The notes under the pieces are model-generated. The model saw nothing but the letters and a program-made list of their open reading frames with translations. It searched no databases and was not told where the DNA came from. A stretch of DNA of 64,000 nucleotides from the NCBI RefSeq assembly GCF_009834535.1, contig NC_045696.1:82400001-82464000 (forward strand), given 5' to 3'. Positions 50,241 to 64,000 of the stretch are shown in pieces. Source of the stretch: Camelus ferus (lineage: Eukaryota). A program made the translations under genes and the position numbers. The first letter of the stretch is position 1; every line of letters begins with the position of its first letter.

Positions 50241-53200
50241 AATTGAGTCTTTTAATAAAATGATGAGTGTAACCTCTAACACTATAAAAATTAAACAAAA
50301 ATCCTCAGAAGCAACAATGTGCACTAAAAATTAATTTGAAAATTTCCTCCCATATACTGTTAGCAAAGTACTTTACTTTTATGGGCCTCTCCTGTGCTAT
50401 AAAACTCCTGAGTGTTCTAAAAATATTTAAAAAATAGGCATTTAGAACCTCTTTAATGAACTACTTCCAAATGTGGCTAAGATGTTTGAGGCTTTCCCCG
50501 CAGCAGGTGTAAAACCAGCCGTTGGAGCTGAGGACCAGGAAGCTGGGATTCCTGGCCCAGGAATGGAGCGGTGGCCCCTTGAGGTTCCACAGGTGTCAGG
50601 TGACGCAGCACCTGGTGGAGACCCCAGTTATAGGGTTGAAGGTTGTCTCTGGGGGTGCTGTTTGGTCTGGAGAGCTACTTCCTGAGCTCTTGCAAAATAG
50701 TTGGTGCATCTCCAGTTCTCTTCTGACTTGACTTTGCTTATGTGCGGACATCCTGAAGGACATCCTGGAGGCCTGCCCCTTCACCTGCCCTCTGACCACA
50801 GCACTGCTCACATCTGAAGTGTAAATCTCTCTACCACCTTACAGAACTGTAAATTCATTCCTGTCCTTCCTCCTGATTTTCTAATGGCCATTGTTTGTAA
50901 GTGCTTTATGGTAAAGGGTGCTTGAGAAAGCCATTAGTCTATCTCAGCAGTTAATGTTCGAAAGGACAAAGGCTGGTCTAAAATACAGAAGGAAACAAAA
51001 AATAAAGAGGTGGGTGTGGCCCAGAAAAGGATGATTAATTATTTCATTTGCTTCTAAGAGTTTAGTTTAAAATGGTGCCATTTGAATCTTTTATTAGTAG
51101 GATCCCAATATTACATTCCAACTTTGAGAACTGCAATGCTTAATTTTTTTTCTTGTGTGAGGAATGCCACATTTTCAATTTTACTTTAAAAATAACCTTT
51201 TTATCTTTGATTAAACTATAACTTATGTCAGGATCCATCCTAGTATTTTTCCCATACTTGGCTCATGCAGATGTGTATTTAATGCAGTGTGGAAAAGCAT
51301 TAATTAAGCTGTTAGGTAACGTCACTCCGTATCAGTTTCAGGTGTGGCCATGTGAATAGTGAGAAGGCTAATAGCTGGGCTTGTATCTTGGCAGCAGGTG
51401 GCTTTTCACTCTTGCCTCATTTCTCAGAGGTTCTGCAAAAACCAACCACATGAAATGACTTTCGCATCTCCTTTCAAACCTCACACTGCAGTGCCATTTT
51501 TGCGGGGCCCTGTACACCTGCTTTCACTAGACTCCAGTCTCATAGAACTGTCAGTGCATCCTTTCACAAGAGTGCATTAGCATTGTTTAAAAGGTTGTGC
51601 ATCACTTTTTTGACTGCTGTAACACGTTTTAAACAGAACTTAAAAGGGTTAATCGATTGGTTCTCCTTTAAGGTGATACAAATACAGATAGATGTCAGCA
51701 ATTTTAGTGACACACTGAACATTCACATAACCCTTATACAGCTTTGTGATGTGTGCGTGTGTGTGTGCACATGTCTGTGTACTCACAAGGGCAAGATGTC
51801 TATGGAGGTATTAAGAACTGAGAAAGGGAAAAAAAAATCCAACTTGTTTGAGAGCCTGGAAATGAGAGAAGCAGGGATAAAATGGAAGAGGGGGAAAAAA
51901 AAGGGAAAAGCAATCTTAAAATTTACATTGGATTGTTAAGGAACAGAGAATAAGACATACAGAATCTTTGAAATCCCCAACATTTCTGAGATAATCAGGC
52001 AAAAAATGGAACTCTGAAGCCTGTTCCTAGAGATTAGGTGTGTTTCACGTGGAAAGGAAAGGGATGACTGTTTAATCCTTTAAAATTGGAAATTGCTGCT
52101 CTCAGGAGGGAGAGGAAGGCTGGTGTGGAGGGCTGGCACTGGGCAAAGCTCTGAAGTATCACTGCAGGGCAGTTCAGCTCAGGGGTCGAACAGGACCCAT
52201 TGAGGCCTTTTTGATGAGTGAGAGGGAGCAGTATAGCTATAGACGTGACAGTTTCTGAGACTTTGTGACTTGCCAAACTCTCCGTTAGCTGTCTTGAGGG
52301 TGAATGCATGTTAAAGTAATAGGATAGTCACTTACCATCCCCTCTCAATTATTGTTAACTTTTTAATTGGGCAAAGTCAGCTTAGGCCATACAGACATAG
52401 GGAAACTTATACTGAATATACACAATGACATGGAAATTTTTCTAATACAATAGAATCAATTAAAATAGAGATGGGTCTTCAGGTTTGGGTTTCAGGATAA
52501 ACTGTACAACAAAGGCAAGAAGATACAGCAAGTTTTATAAACATACCAGTCCTGTGTCTTGCTTATCTGAATTCTTTATGATACTTCTCATTTCCAATTT
52601 TGACCCAAGGGGAAAAAAAAATCTCAGGAAAACATTAGGAATATTTTAGCTTTTTGCAACCATCACTTATGTACATAAACATTAATAAAATGAGATTTGG
52701 GAAACAGAATTTATATATGGTTGTTATATTCCAAATTACAGCTTATGCTACTTTTTTCCCAATATGCTAGTTTTTGGATGAGTAATTTTATTGCTAATCA
52801 GTTTGAATTGTCTGAAATGGGAAGTTGGTATTTATTTTACGGTCTGGGCTTCAGATTACCCCTCCCAATATGGGAATAACCTCTGATCATTTGTCAATTG
52901 CCTTGAGATTCTCAGATGGAAATGAAGCTCACATTGCCAAATATTTTTACTAAGCCTAATGACAGATCACCTGAGTGTGTCCTTCCTTAACAATTAACTT
53001 CAATTTAGAAGACATCTAGAGTCTTTCGGAAGACATATAACAGCGAATCAGGTGATTTGTGGAAAGACTGTGAATTTCAGCCTTTCAGATGAAAGATGGT
53101 AATGGGAGCGAAGTCTTTTCTTCTGATTTATTATTTGTGTCCCCATTTCTCACACAGGGAAACTTCAGATTTTTCGGGGAACTGAGTTTGCTTCAGCCCC

Positions 53201-53453
53201 ATACCTGAGACCACCTAATATTAGAGGGTTGAGAAGTACATCTAGTATGTAACAGGTGAGACTTAAGAGCCTGGTGAGAAGAGAAAGCTGCTGTGAAAAT
53301 AGCTTTAGCCAGGAAAAGGGTGAGAGTGAGAAGGAGCTTAATAGATCATCCTTTCAGATGAGTATTTTTTGGAAGAGGTATGAGGAGGAAAATAAGGTAA
53401 TGGGAACTCAACTGGAAGACAGAGTCCAGAAATTAGAAAAAAGATCTAAGTGA

Positions 53454-53612
53454 CAGGGAAATATATACAAGATCTTGTGGTAGCTCACAGCGAAAAAGAA
53501 TGCGACAATGAATATATATATATTCATGTATAACTGAAAAATTGTGCTCTACACTAGAAATTGACACAACATTGTAAACTGACTATAACTCAATAAAAAA
53601 ATCTAAAAAGAG
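53454..53612 (+). mobile_element. Heavily 5'-truncated young L1 3' end
   Basis: ...ttgacacaacattgtaaactgactataactcaataaaaaa, related to the 3' end of the element at 34608. TSD gatctaagtga at 53443-53453 and 53613-53623. Confidence 0.9.
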
Positions 53613-56600
53613 GATCTAAGTGAAAATATTGCTTTTCTAAGAAATAACTCCACTGTTAATTTGTTACACGCCAAACATTTGTGATTGCCATTGGTGACGC
53701 TGCGTGGGCTTTCGTTCATCAAGGCCGGAAAGAAACCGCAATCTTGCTTCCTGAAAAGCCAGTCCTTTTCAAGGAAGAGTGTCCTCATCCCCGAGCTCTG
53801 AAATTCAGAAGGGTTGGGAGCTTTGGGGATGGTCGGAGATTTCAATCTCGATGGGAAATTCCTTGTCAGGGACAAGTTGCCATAAAGCAGGGCTGTTTTC
53901 CCAGAGGGGCTGGTAAAAACACACGCTCATTAGTAAAGTAAAGCCAGGGGAAGACACTGCCAGGGTGAGCTGTCCAGTCAGAAGTCGAAATGTTTGTGCA
54001 CACCAGACAGTGTGTCTGGCTACCTCATGGGAGGGCCCATGTTGGGTCTGGGAAAACAGTGCCATGTTTACCACCAGGAAAGGCCTAGGGCTGAGTAACA
54101 ATGACCAGGCCTCAACAGCCGAAAGAGGCTCCTTTACAAGTGGCTGTCTCATTAGGTTGGGGGTGTTTTCAGCAGTGGCCTTGGGGAAGAGCAGCCCAAC
54201 AGCTGCTCCTTTCAGAGGGTGGCACCCAAGTCTGGGAGCTGAGACTCTTTCATGGCTTCACCTTCCCCTGGAAGGGGCCACCCCCTGGTGGTGTTTCTGA
54301 GGCAATTCTCCTTCAGTTACCTTTCGTGGGGATGTCTTTCAGGGACTCTCTGCTGAGGTGGTGTGCTTGGCATCTTCCAGAGGGCTGCCTCATCCTTTCT
54401 CACTTTCCAACCAAAGGCTTTTCTACACGAACATCAAAGAGGGCAGCATGTCAGACTGGTGGAGAGGCACCAATTATATAAAAGCCAGTGCCGGTCCTCT
54501 TGTGTGTAATTATATATTTCAGCTTTCTGTAAAAAGAGGGGCATTTTATTCAAGCCAGGCAGAAATCTGGCAGTTTCCCAGTTGTGAAATTTTATTGACA
54601 AAGGTGTTAAGTGAAGGGCAGGGTCACGTGGTCTGCCCGGCCTCTGTGCCTTCAACTCTGTGACCTGGGCATGTGTCAGGCCCAGACTGAACTGACCGGA
54701 ATGACTTTGATTCGATGACCGTTAAAGGTCAGGCACATAATGGGATCAGATGTGTCAGTGGAGGTGAAGTACATAGCATAATAGATTGATGGTAATTAAG
54801 TAGTCGTGTTTAATAAGAGTCATCAGAGTTAAAGGCAGTGTTGGAATGAGCAGCTTGGGAAAGAACAAGGAGGCATAAAGAAAGGAGGTGGGAAATATGT
54901 CAAGGAATAATCTTTTTGTTACACTAAAGGAAAGGCCAGAGGAATTGCGTGTGAGTGCACAGTGCCCATTTGTGTTTTAGGAGACACAGCATTTTTTCTG
55001 TCTAAAAATTGGTGTCTTTGTTTTATTTTGTTGTGTTTCTAGATGATTTTTTAAAAGGCAAAGAGATAAGAAGAGGAGAATAAAATTTTATGAACGTGTA
55101 AATGGCCACAAATCATCCTAATTCAATGTATATGTGTCTAGAAAATACAAACCACAAACCCTCCAATAAAAAATATTTCAACAAAAAGTTCATTCATCTG
55201 TATTTTCTATTGGGTGAGAATCTGGGTTGTTGCTGGTATTTGATTTTTATGTAAATCATCAAACTCCTAGAATTAATTGCTCACTCAATGAAAATCGTGT
55301 AGTTTTAGAAAGTTCTCATTCTTCAATAAAACTTAATCCTACTATTAGGAAGCATTATCATTTAGTAAGAAAGCACACTGAATTAGAACATATGAACAAG
55401 GGCAGTTGTGGGGTGTTGTAACTCTCACACAGTTTCAGTTATTATTTTTGTTTGTTTGCACAAACCATCAGTGGTCATCTGGACTTATATGTGGCTTTTC
55501 TAGGGTCACTCTAGAATGGCCAGGTGTTGAGAATGCAGCTAATGAGGACTATGTTGACCAGGCCACCTAGTAATGAAGATCCCATGTAAGGGGCTTCCTG
55601 TCCAAACTGCCTTGTGACCTGACAAATCTCAACGATCCAGGCTTCCTGAAGCTCCTGTCCCGCGTCTCTGTGCCACAGATATATGCGAAAGGAGGGTTCT
55701 GGATTTCACGAGTTCTGACTTACTCTTTTCATCTGGTGTTTGGCTCAGTAAACAATCTCCATCTGGAAGCAGAGCTGAATTGGGAAAAGACTGTGAAGTG
55801 AAAAGGTTTTTTTATGAATTACCTGCCATTCTTCCTTTTGGTGACAATGACCCGGCAGCCTGACCCCAGAGCCTGTGCTCTTAACCACTCCGTTTCACTG
55901 TCTGAGAGTCCTCAAGAGGAGGCTTGGCTTTATGGGAGTTTGATCTTATCTTTGAAACTCTGGAGCCAGCACAGTGCCAGGCACACACTAGGAGCTCCGT
56001 AAATGAAAGGTAATAGTCATTTAATCAGATTAACTAACTCCCACTGGTATTTAGCTAACTTACTCATTCTGACAAAAATGTCTCCAGAATACGGTGATAT
56101 AATCTGTGCATAGGCGGAAGCTGATATGTTTTATGAGATGTATTGGGGTGGGTGCTCAAACAGTATCAATCACAGAGCTGTCTACTTTTGCTTAGTCTGA
56201 AGATAACCTCTTTGTGGCATATGGCCCACAAGTAAGCCAGGCCTCAGATACATAGAGGTTGGAAGTTAGGTTAGTCCAACCCCTTTCTTTTAAGAATGTA
56301 CTGGCTATTGGCAGAAGCTGTGCAGGCCCTTTTTTGTGGAAGGGGTCAATCTGTGGGAATTTGTGTGACAGCTCAAAATATTTAGTATGAGGGTTTGGAG
56401 TGCAAATTTGGAGCACAAATTGTTAGCTTTTAAACTTGATGGCCAATGTCCCATCTCTTGTCAGTCTTATCCGACATGCCAATGCCAAAGTAATGGTGGT
56501 CGACAGTGGCACGGCAGATTGAGCCCTGCAGATACTCTAGACACCTATGTATAAGCAATTTGAGGACACAGTAAACAAGTCCTATCTAAGACTGTTTATT

Positions 56601-56659
56601 TTTCAAAAACATTTATAAACAATCAGATGAATCACATAGCTATTCTACAACAACTACTA

Positions 56660-57125
56660 CTATTGTGACTGTTGATGGCTAACTTTTATGGAGTACCTCT
56701 TACATGCCAAGCACTGTTCTAAGAGCTTATGTGTGTTAATACACTTGGTTGTCACAACAGTTCTTTGAGATGGATGCTATTAATATGCCCATTCAATCAA
56801 TTAGGAAACTAAGGTACTGAGAACTTAAGTACATCCTCAATTAAGGAGTAAGGAAATGTGAAATGGAGTGAAGTTTCAAATTAATATGAAAATTCCTCAA
56901 TACTACCTGATAGGCTGGACTATTTTATCTATTTTAACTCCTTTACAAGGCTGGATCTTTAGCTAGAGTAGATATCCTAGGCTTTTTAAGCTGAAAGGGA
57001 ATTTAGAAAGCAGCTAGCTCACAGCATCCGTTCAGTGATTTAGAATTTGAGGCTCAGAGAGGTGGGGTGACTTTCCCAAGATCACACAGCATTTTGACTG
57101 CAGACTTTAAGCTCTGAACCCTTTG
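56660..57125 (-). mobile_element. Two MIR fragments
   Basis: ccaagcactgttctaagagc...ggaaactaagg; gaggctcagagaggtggggtgactttcccaagatcacacag. Confidence 0.75.
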
Positions 57126-60100
57126 TCCTATACTAGGCCACATTTTTTCATGTTACTTTTTAATTTTCAAGATAGCATCAAGTCATTGTGTTTAGTGTTC
57201 TATCTCCTTCTGTTTTACAGAAGAGAAAACAAAGACACTAGAAAAAAGAAAAGCTAGATCTCAAGTCCTTGTTAAATACTTACCACTGGCCTTGGCTGCA
57301 CCAGGATCTATGGTGTAGGAGACTGGAACCTTTGCCTGCTCCCATGAGCTTGGTGTCTGGCTGCACCTTGATAAAGGTAATAATGGGTGTACTTAACCTT
57401 TCATATTCCCCCCCACGAGGGTGTTTTGGCTGTGGTTACTTCCTGAGCCCTTGGAGACAACCTTGGCCGAATCACTTAAAACACTTAATCACAACCAAGC
57501 ACCTTATTCTATCAGAATAACTCCTTTTAAGTGTCCCAACTGGATCAACAGACCAGCATCAAATGGCGATAGAAAAGCTGGAAGCAGACGTCGTAATTAG
57601 ACTGCGAAATTGAAAGAGCAGAATGATTTAGCAATGACTGAACCTTTGGCAAAGAATTTTTCATCAGGCTTTATCCCAACTCTTTCAACAGAGGAGGGGC
57701 CATCTTCTGAGAACTGTTTGAAACAGTGGAGCAGCAATTAAAGGCCTTCATCGTCCACAGATAGGAAGCAGAAATGAGTGCACTTGCCAAATATGGCGCT
57801 CTGGGCGTTGGAAGCTAGAGGGTTGCAATGGAAACAAACCTGTTGAAAACCATGTAAGATGAACACTGGGGAGTACAAAAGAAGGAAGGAAGATGACCAT
57901 CATTTGGGCCCTCTGAGCCTTGTGTTAAAATGAGAATTCTGTCCCCTTCTAAGAATAAGTCTTCCAGTATTCACTTCAGGAAGTCCCATTGCTTCAGCCT
58001 GGATGGCTAATATGAAAAACAAAGCAATTGTTTGTTGACACGTTATTCTAGCAGGTGCAGTTCCATTTTAAACAAGAAGCTGCTATTGTTTTCAGGAATC
58101 GTGTTGATGACTGTCTTAGGACATGAAGGGCTGGTTCCCCGGTGGGGGACACCAGGGTGCTGTTTTTCACTGTAGCCTTTGGGTCCAACAGTTCCCATCC
58201 TCTGTACTTGGATGACCAGCACCCCCTAGATGTTTATGCAGGTTTTTAAAAGGGAAAGCCAGTTCGATTTTATGAACATTAAAAACCCCCCAGATTTTCA
58301 TATTCTGAAAACTCTTGGGCAGGAAGGGGCGAGCAGGGCTGCCAGGATGTTTGGTCACCACTAGACACCTGAGGCTGGAGGGTCCCCTTGATTTATTGCC
58401 TTTAGCTGGGGTGAAGGTTAGTCAGCAAAGGTGAGGGCTGTGTTGCCTAAGTATCAAGTGAGAAGTGACTTTGGTGTTGGGGGTTGGTGGTGACCCGGCT
58501 TGGCTAAAACCATGAGATCCCTGATGCCCAATCTCCTCCCCAGGCAGAGTGAGGGCGGAAAGGTGAGGGAAGACGAGGGAGAGCAAACCTTGGGGGGCTT
58601 CCTGTTTCATCAGCCCGCAGGAGGGGAAGGACCAGTCAGGCCAAAGGCACCCGGGTCTCTCCTGCCTTTTGTGCCACGGTGACACGTTGCCAGCCCAGCC
58701 TTATTTGTGAGATGGGGGACTGTGTGAAGTGCTTGGGTGATTTATGGGCAGCATGGAGCAGTAATCCCTCCCCTGGCTCTCTCCTCGGCCTTCTCGGCAC
58801 AGAGGCACTAAATATCCGGCCCGACTGGGGATGCGCTGCCGCTGGTGGACTCCTGAGCCAGGGCTGCGTTCGCCTCGCTATTTACTTTTTCTAAACCACG
58901 ATAAATTCAGGCACAAATGGCAGCAAAATTAACTGTGAAAATGCCACTATATTTTGCAGGCTAGGAGCCCTTGCTGGTTCAGATCTGGTTTGGCTTTTAG
59001 AGCTGATTCTCTTAACTAGAGAGTGGATTTTTTTCTTTATTTTAGTTTTATTATTATTTTTTTCTGTTTGGTGAGAAATTACCGGCTTTAAGAAAATTCT
59101 GCTGTTAAGTGGAAGAAACAGCCCTTCTTCCTCTGAGGGGACAGTGGCTTTTGACTAAAATACTTGAGCCTACTGTATGGTTTGTGTTAGAGTTCCTTCT
59201 CTTTTGTGAGAAATGCTCATTTATTTTTCATTACTAATATTCACTGAGCAAATATTTAATTTAAATATTTAATTTAATATAGGTCTCACATGCAGTGGGG
59301 AAACAAAATGAAAATTAACATGATGAAGCCAGAATTATTCTGATGTTTTTAGGTCAGTTACATTCCAGTGGGTATAAGCTAGGCTGTAGTTTATTTAGTT
59401 GCTGTTTAATGACCTAGTGCTATCCCCTGTATTTTATCCGTTCTGTTTTTGAAAAAGTGAACTGAAGTAGTGACTGGTAGAAGTTGACAGATTATTTGAA
59501 AGGTGAATGGGCCGCCTTGAAATACAGTCTGGTCTCCTTGCTCCCTTGGTCTCTACTTCTAGCTCCCCCTCACTCCTGCTCTGCAATCGTCCTGATGCTG
59601 GTTGATGCCCGAACGTCTTCGATGACTCCCTTTTCCTGTTGGATGATGAGATGATGCATGTGAGTGTGGTACTAAGACCAGGCCACACCTGAGGAGGGCT
59701 CCCCATGCCTGCTTCAATCTCCTTTCTTGCCCTTAATGCCCTCAGGTTCTCTCAAGGTGAAATCTGAAGTTACCCAACTCATCACAGTGTCCACACTGCA
59801 CTCTGTACCTGAGGAAGGGTTGCTTTAGCCCAGACCTGAAGGGCAAGTTGAGTAAACAAGATACTGGGAAGTGTGTGTGTGTGTTTCAGACTGGTCTTGT
59901 CACCTATTTGTGGGACCTTCTTAGGCAAATCTCTTATTGGTTCTGTGTTGAAATTTCTTCATTTCTAAAAGGGGATTCATAATCTGCCATAGGCGTACTA
60001 TAAAAACTAAGTGAGATGACAGCCATGAAATCATTTTCTCATTTTGACGGTACTGATCAGGAATTAAAGATTTAGGAAGTAGAGAAGAAAAGCCTGGGGC

Positions 60101-60584
60101 TGTGGAGCTAGGAGCACTATGGAAGAGAGAGTTTGGAAAGAGCCCAGTGCAGTGGAGCTGACGGGCGGGCGAGGGGCAAGGCTGAGAGTGTGAAAAGCCA
60201 TTCAGGAGAGGGGAGAGAGTGGTTCTGAGAAGAGTTCCAGGGCCAGGCAAGGTTCAGCATTTCAGGGTTTGAAACCCTCTGCATGATTCTAAATGGTCAG
60301 CCTAGCCTTTGCTGTCACGTGGGCTGCCCATTTTTAGGCTAGAACCAGAGTGTGTATGAAATCTGTCCCATTCATAGTCCTGCTCCTCCCACTAGCCACT
60401 ACACTCTGGCCTGCATGGCGTGGGCGGACAAGTCTCATCTTTACAGAACAAAGTTGTTCAAAGAAGAGAAATATCAATAATATTCTGTAAGCCATTCCAG
60501 TTTTTCTTGAATTCTGTCTTTGATTATTGCCTCTGCAATTTTGGGGTCAAGTTTATTAACCTTAGATTTTAATCCAGTGAGCCC

Positions 60585-60740
60585 ACACTCTTGCTACTCA
60601 AAGTGTAGTCTGTGGACAAGCAACAGAGCATCACTTGGGAGTCTGTTAAAAATGCAGACTGTTAGGCCCACTCCACACCTACTGAATCAGAACCTGTATT
60701 TTTAACAAGATGCACAGGTGATTTGTGTAAACATTGAAGT
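60585..60740. mobile_element. MER5B-like MITE
   Basis: ctcaaagtgtagtc...cacctactgaatcagaacctgtatttttaacaagat. Confidence 0.8.
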
Positions 60741-62714
60741 CAGGTCACAAAGATAAACCTCACCCCATGCACATCCACACTCACAAACATACATATACTC
60801 ATTATGTGAACAATTCATTTTCATCATAAAGATTATAAAAAATACAGAAATACATAGAAAATTACCCATAGTTTGGCCTCTGTTAACATTTTCCCTATTT
60901 GTCTTTGTCTTTTAATTGAAAAGTTCTGGACTTTTTTGTGAGGTGGGGGAAAAGCCACTCCCACATCTTCAGAAAATATATTGGGTTTGATTGATTGCTG
61001 CTAGAATTGGGGGAAGGGTAATAACATGTAAATAAAATAGGGACCCAACCATACTTTCTGTTGGATCATAGGTCCCCAAACTTCAAAAGGAGTTGGAGAA
61101 TAGAGAACTGATTATTAACTTCAGGCTATTCTATTCTCAGTTCTGAAATTCACTGAATAGTGTCACAAGCAGATTGGTGTCCCAGATGGGCTCAAGGCTC
61201 TGTGCACCTGAGATTCAACACACTTATTTCATCTTGTATGATGAAGTTGGTGGGAAAACACTTATCAGAGTTTTCCTCCTTCTTTGGGCAGTCTACCTAA
61301 AAATATTAATTGGCCTAACTCTAAAGGACAGCTTTGTAAATGACTTTTTTTTTGAAGCAGGGTTTGGGTAGTGTAGTTTGGAACAGTATTTTCTTGCGTT
61401 GATGCAGAATTCTTTGAACTTGCGAAGGGACTGATGTTGGTGCTGCTTTTAGCTTCGAGGAATGAATTTCTTTCTCTAAGCTCCCTATCTCATCTTCTCC
61501 AAACTTCCTAATAATTTAATTCAACGAACCAGGATGACATGAAGCTTTCTGTGCTGCCACCAAGCTTCCTTTGTACATTTTCAAGGTTTAGAGGTTTCTT
61601 AGTAATTGTCATCAAACAGCATGCTTCGGGTGTTGGCCTTGTGAGCAGGAGTTGGTCTGGGGGAGAACTAGCGAGTGCACCAGGACGCTGAGCTCTTGAC
61701 TGACAGCAATTTCCCTCTCACTAGCTCAACCCCCTCCAGCTTCAAGGGCTAGCAGCCCGGGCCATTCTAGAAGATTTGGAAAGGAGCCACCGACAGGAAT
61801 TATTGAACAATTGCTCTGTGAAACTTAAGATAACACTTGTTCCATTGCAGTGGAATTGCTGTGTGACAGAAGGAAATTATCTGTTTAGTTCTTGATTAAC
61901 ATTTATGTGAGAAAAGTATAATTAAAGTTGATGGTATCTAGTCCAAGAAAGGCTTGTATTTACTTTCAAGAACAAAGTTTAACTCAGCACTTTTGGAGAG
62001 CGAATGTAACCAACTTTGGAGGATTCGTTGTTTGAGTTGCAATTGGAAAAAAAAAAAACCACCAAAAATCAAAAACCAAAAAAAAAAAAAAAAAAACCAA
62101 ACAAACCCTAACTTCATCTTTTAAGATGCCAGTGGAATGTCTCCTAGCTATTAAATTATGTTCCCTGAAATTGAGATTTCCAGAAGCAACTGGATTATGA
62201 GCACACCGGGATGAAGTAGTCTATCTCTGTGGATAGTTGTCTGGCTGTGTGTGTGGGGGGTGATTTTATGGATGTTTACTTATTTTTAGCAAGTGGTAAA
62301 AGCTGTACAAGGCTTACTGAGTTCATTATACACTTCCCAAACAGATTAATGAAGCAAACATTTTACCACTAATATACTAGTAATCTCAATAGTACTTGTG
62401 ATAAAAATGCTAGTAGAAATAACTTTTAATTAAGCCTTGAAATAAAGAAGCAAACTCATGTGTTTGTTCATCCAGCTCATATTATCATGAGCTTCCTATG
62501 TATAAGCACTATCTAGGGCCAAATAGGGGAACACTATGATGAATAAGACAGGGGTTGTTGTGTTAACTTTATAGTTGGCTAGGGGAGCCCTGAACATGGT
62601 GATAAAAGGCATATTGAGAAAGTTAAGCCAAGGTCACAACTCTTCCTAATACATCTCTAGCCTGCCTTTCTTTTGTTTAGATAAGTTCAGATATTTGTGC
62701 AAGATGATGTCTTT

Positions 62715-62890
62715 TATAAACACATGTATAGTGCTTACACTATGGGCCAGAAACTTTCTGAAAACTGTAGAGATGTATGGTTATTAACCCCCATTTTACA
62801 GATAGGAAAATTGAGGCACAGAGAGGTTGGATAACTTGCCAAATTCACAGGAGGAGAAAGATTTGAACTTAGCAGCCCAGCTTGAGTCTT
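62715..62890 (-). mobile_element. MIR SINE
   Basis: cccattttacagataggaaaattgaggcacagagaggttggataacttgcc. Confidence 0.85.
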
Positions 62891-64000
62891 CCCAGGCACT
62901 GTGCTGGGCTGTCTCTCCAAAGTGGTTGCAAACATTGGTACAAACCAAAGAGAAGTGTGAGACACGGACTGCTTATTAGCTGGCAGACTGGTCTCTATCA
63001 TTTTGGGCTGTGTGAATACATGCTTGTCCTGTCCTTCTCAAGCAGTCATGTGCTTTTGAACTGTGGAAATCAAATTGCTATAAACATTTGAAAAGAAACA
63101 TGGGAAAGAGTTATCCAAAGGAATCCAACATGGGTAATGTGAAGACTCTTTTATACAATAAGCACCAAGCCTTTTGTTTATCTATTGTGAGGTGTAGAGT
63201 TTCCTTTTTCTTTTTTAAACATTGGGCATTTGTTTATATTGCTTTTATTGATTTGAAATTAATCCAAGGGTGTTTATGCACAAGGGTAGCTCCTGGCCTT
63301 GATTTAGGAGGAAGATTTACTGCTAGAGGAAACATAAAGCCCTCTTTAAGTGAAAGAGGACTATTGGATGGGCATCCTTAAAATCTAGTCTTTCACTGAG
63401 GGTTATGGGAGTGTGTACATAGATACATCTCTCTCTCCCTTTCCTGAAGCCATTGTGAATATATGCTCATCAGAAATTCCTGTGCTTTAGTTTGTGTGTA
63501 TGTATGTGTGTGTGAGAGAGAGACTGACATTAAGGGAAAGGAGAGATAGGGAAGAGAAGGGAAAGTAAATGACGAATCATGGAGGAATGAGCTGAATTCA
63601 TGGATATGTGAGTTCATCAGTTTTTATAAGTAAAAAGATTACAAGCACCATTTTTCTTTTCCTATCCCATTAGCTCTAAAAAGGAAACTAAAACCTACTT
63701 GTCTAGTTATACTTAGAAGGATATTTAATGAGGGGCTGAACTTCACCTTAGTTCCTTCCCACCAGGTACTCTGCTTTATTCATTTCCCCCTCAGTGCCTG
63801 GGAGAGAGCCTGGCACAGAGCAGGAGCCCAGCGGATGGATGTGGAATGAATACACCTAGAGGCCCTGGCTTCTGCAGAAAATGCTCTACACCTTCAGAGA
63901 AGAGACCTTCTCCTCACCGCAGACTGCAGTCACTGGCCAGATGCCACATTGTCCTTGAAGTCAGGCTGCTCCACTGAACTCACAGGCTTTGAAGCAGAGG

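Larger units (their letters stand above)
16873..64000 (+). other. MECOM: Intron 1 of MECOM (continues past the window end)
   Basis: Donor CAA|gtaggt at 16873. The exon-2 peptide (NECVYGNYPEIPLEEM..., recalled) does not appear in the ORF track. MDS1 introns are known to be hundreds of kb. Confidence 0.9.

Noticed and set aside
58833..58850. CTCF-like gctgccgctggtgg
   Set aside because: Core spacing is one base short, giving three or more mismatches to consensus.
1..64000. CRISPR arrays, prokaryotic operons, TERC or other ncRNA genes
   Set aside because: The sequence is mammalian, with no repeat-spacer array and no TERC template or recognisable sno/miRNA seen.

Overview
Mammalian genomic DNA, very probably camelid, judged from two tRNA-Ala-derived Vic-1-type SINEs and camelid-type L1 3' ends. 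The window holds the distal (MDS1) promoter and first exon of MECOM (MDS1/EVI1, PRDM3) on the + strand. The ATG at 16836 encodes MRSKGRARKLAT and is followed by a phase-1 GT donor at 16873. The remaining ~47 kb is the start of the very long intron 1, and I see no further known coding exon. About 10.5-24.7 kb is a nearly transposon-free regulatory domain with several CpG islands, long (GA)n/(GT)n tracts and G-runs. The flanks carry ordinary mammalian repeats (L1, L2, L3/CR1, MIR, MLT1, MER5, MER102). Almost all ORFs in the supplied track are spurious. I did not find a new biological system. The best leads are uORFs and a possibly paralog-shared element in the 5' UTR, two cryptic-exon/recursive-splice candidates in intron 1, twin-primed L1 insertions, and candidate enhancer/CTCF motifs. 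Repeat family names and comparisons with human come from recall of consensus sequences, not from searches.
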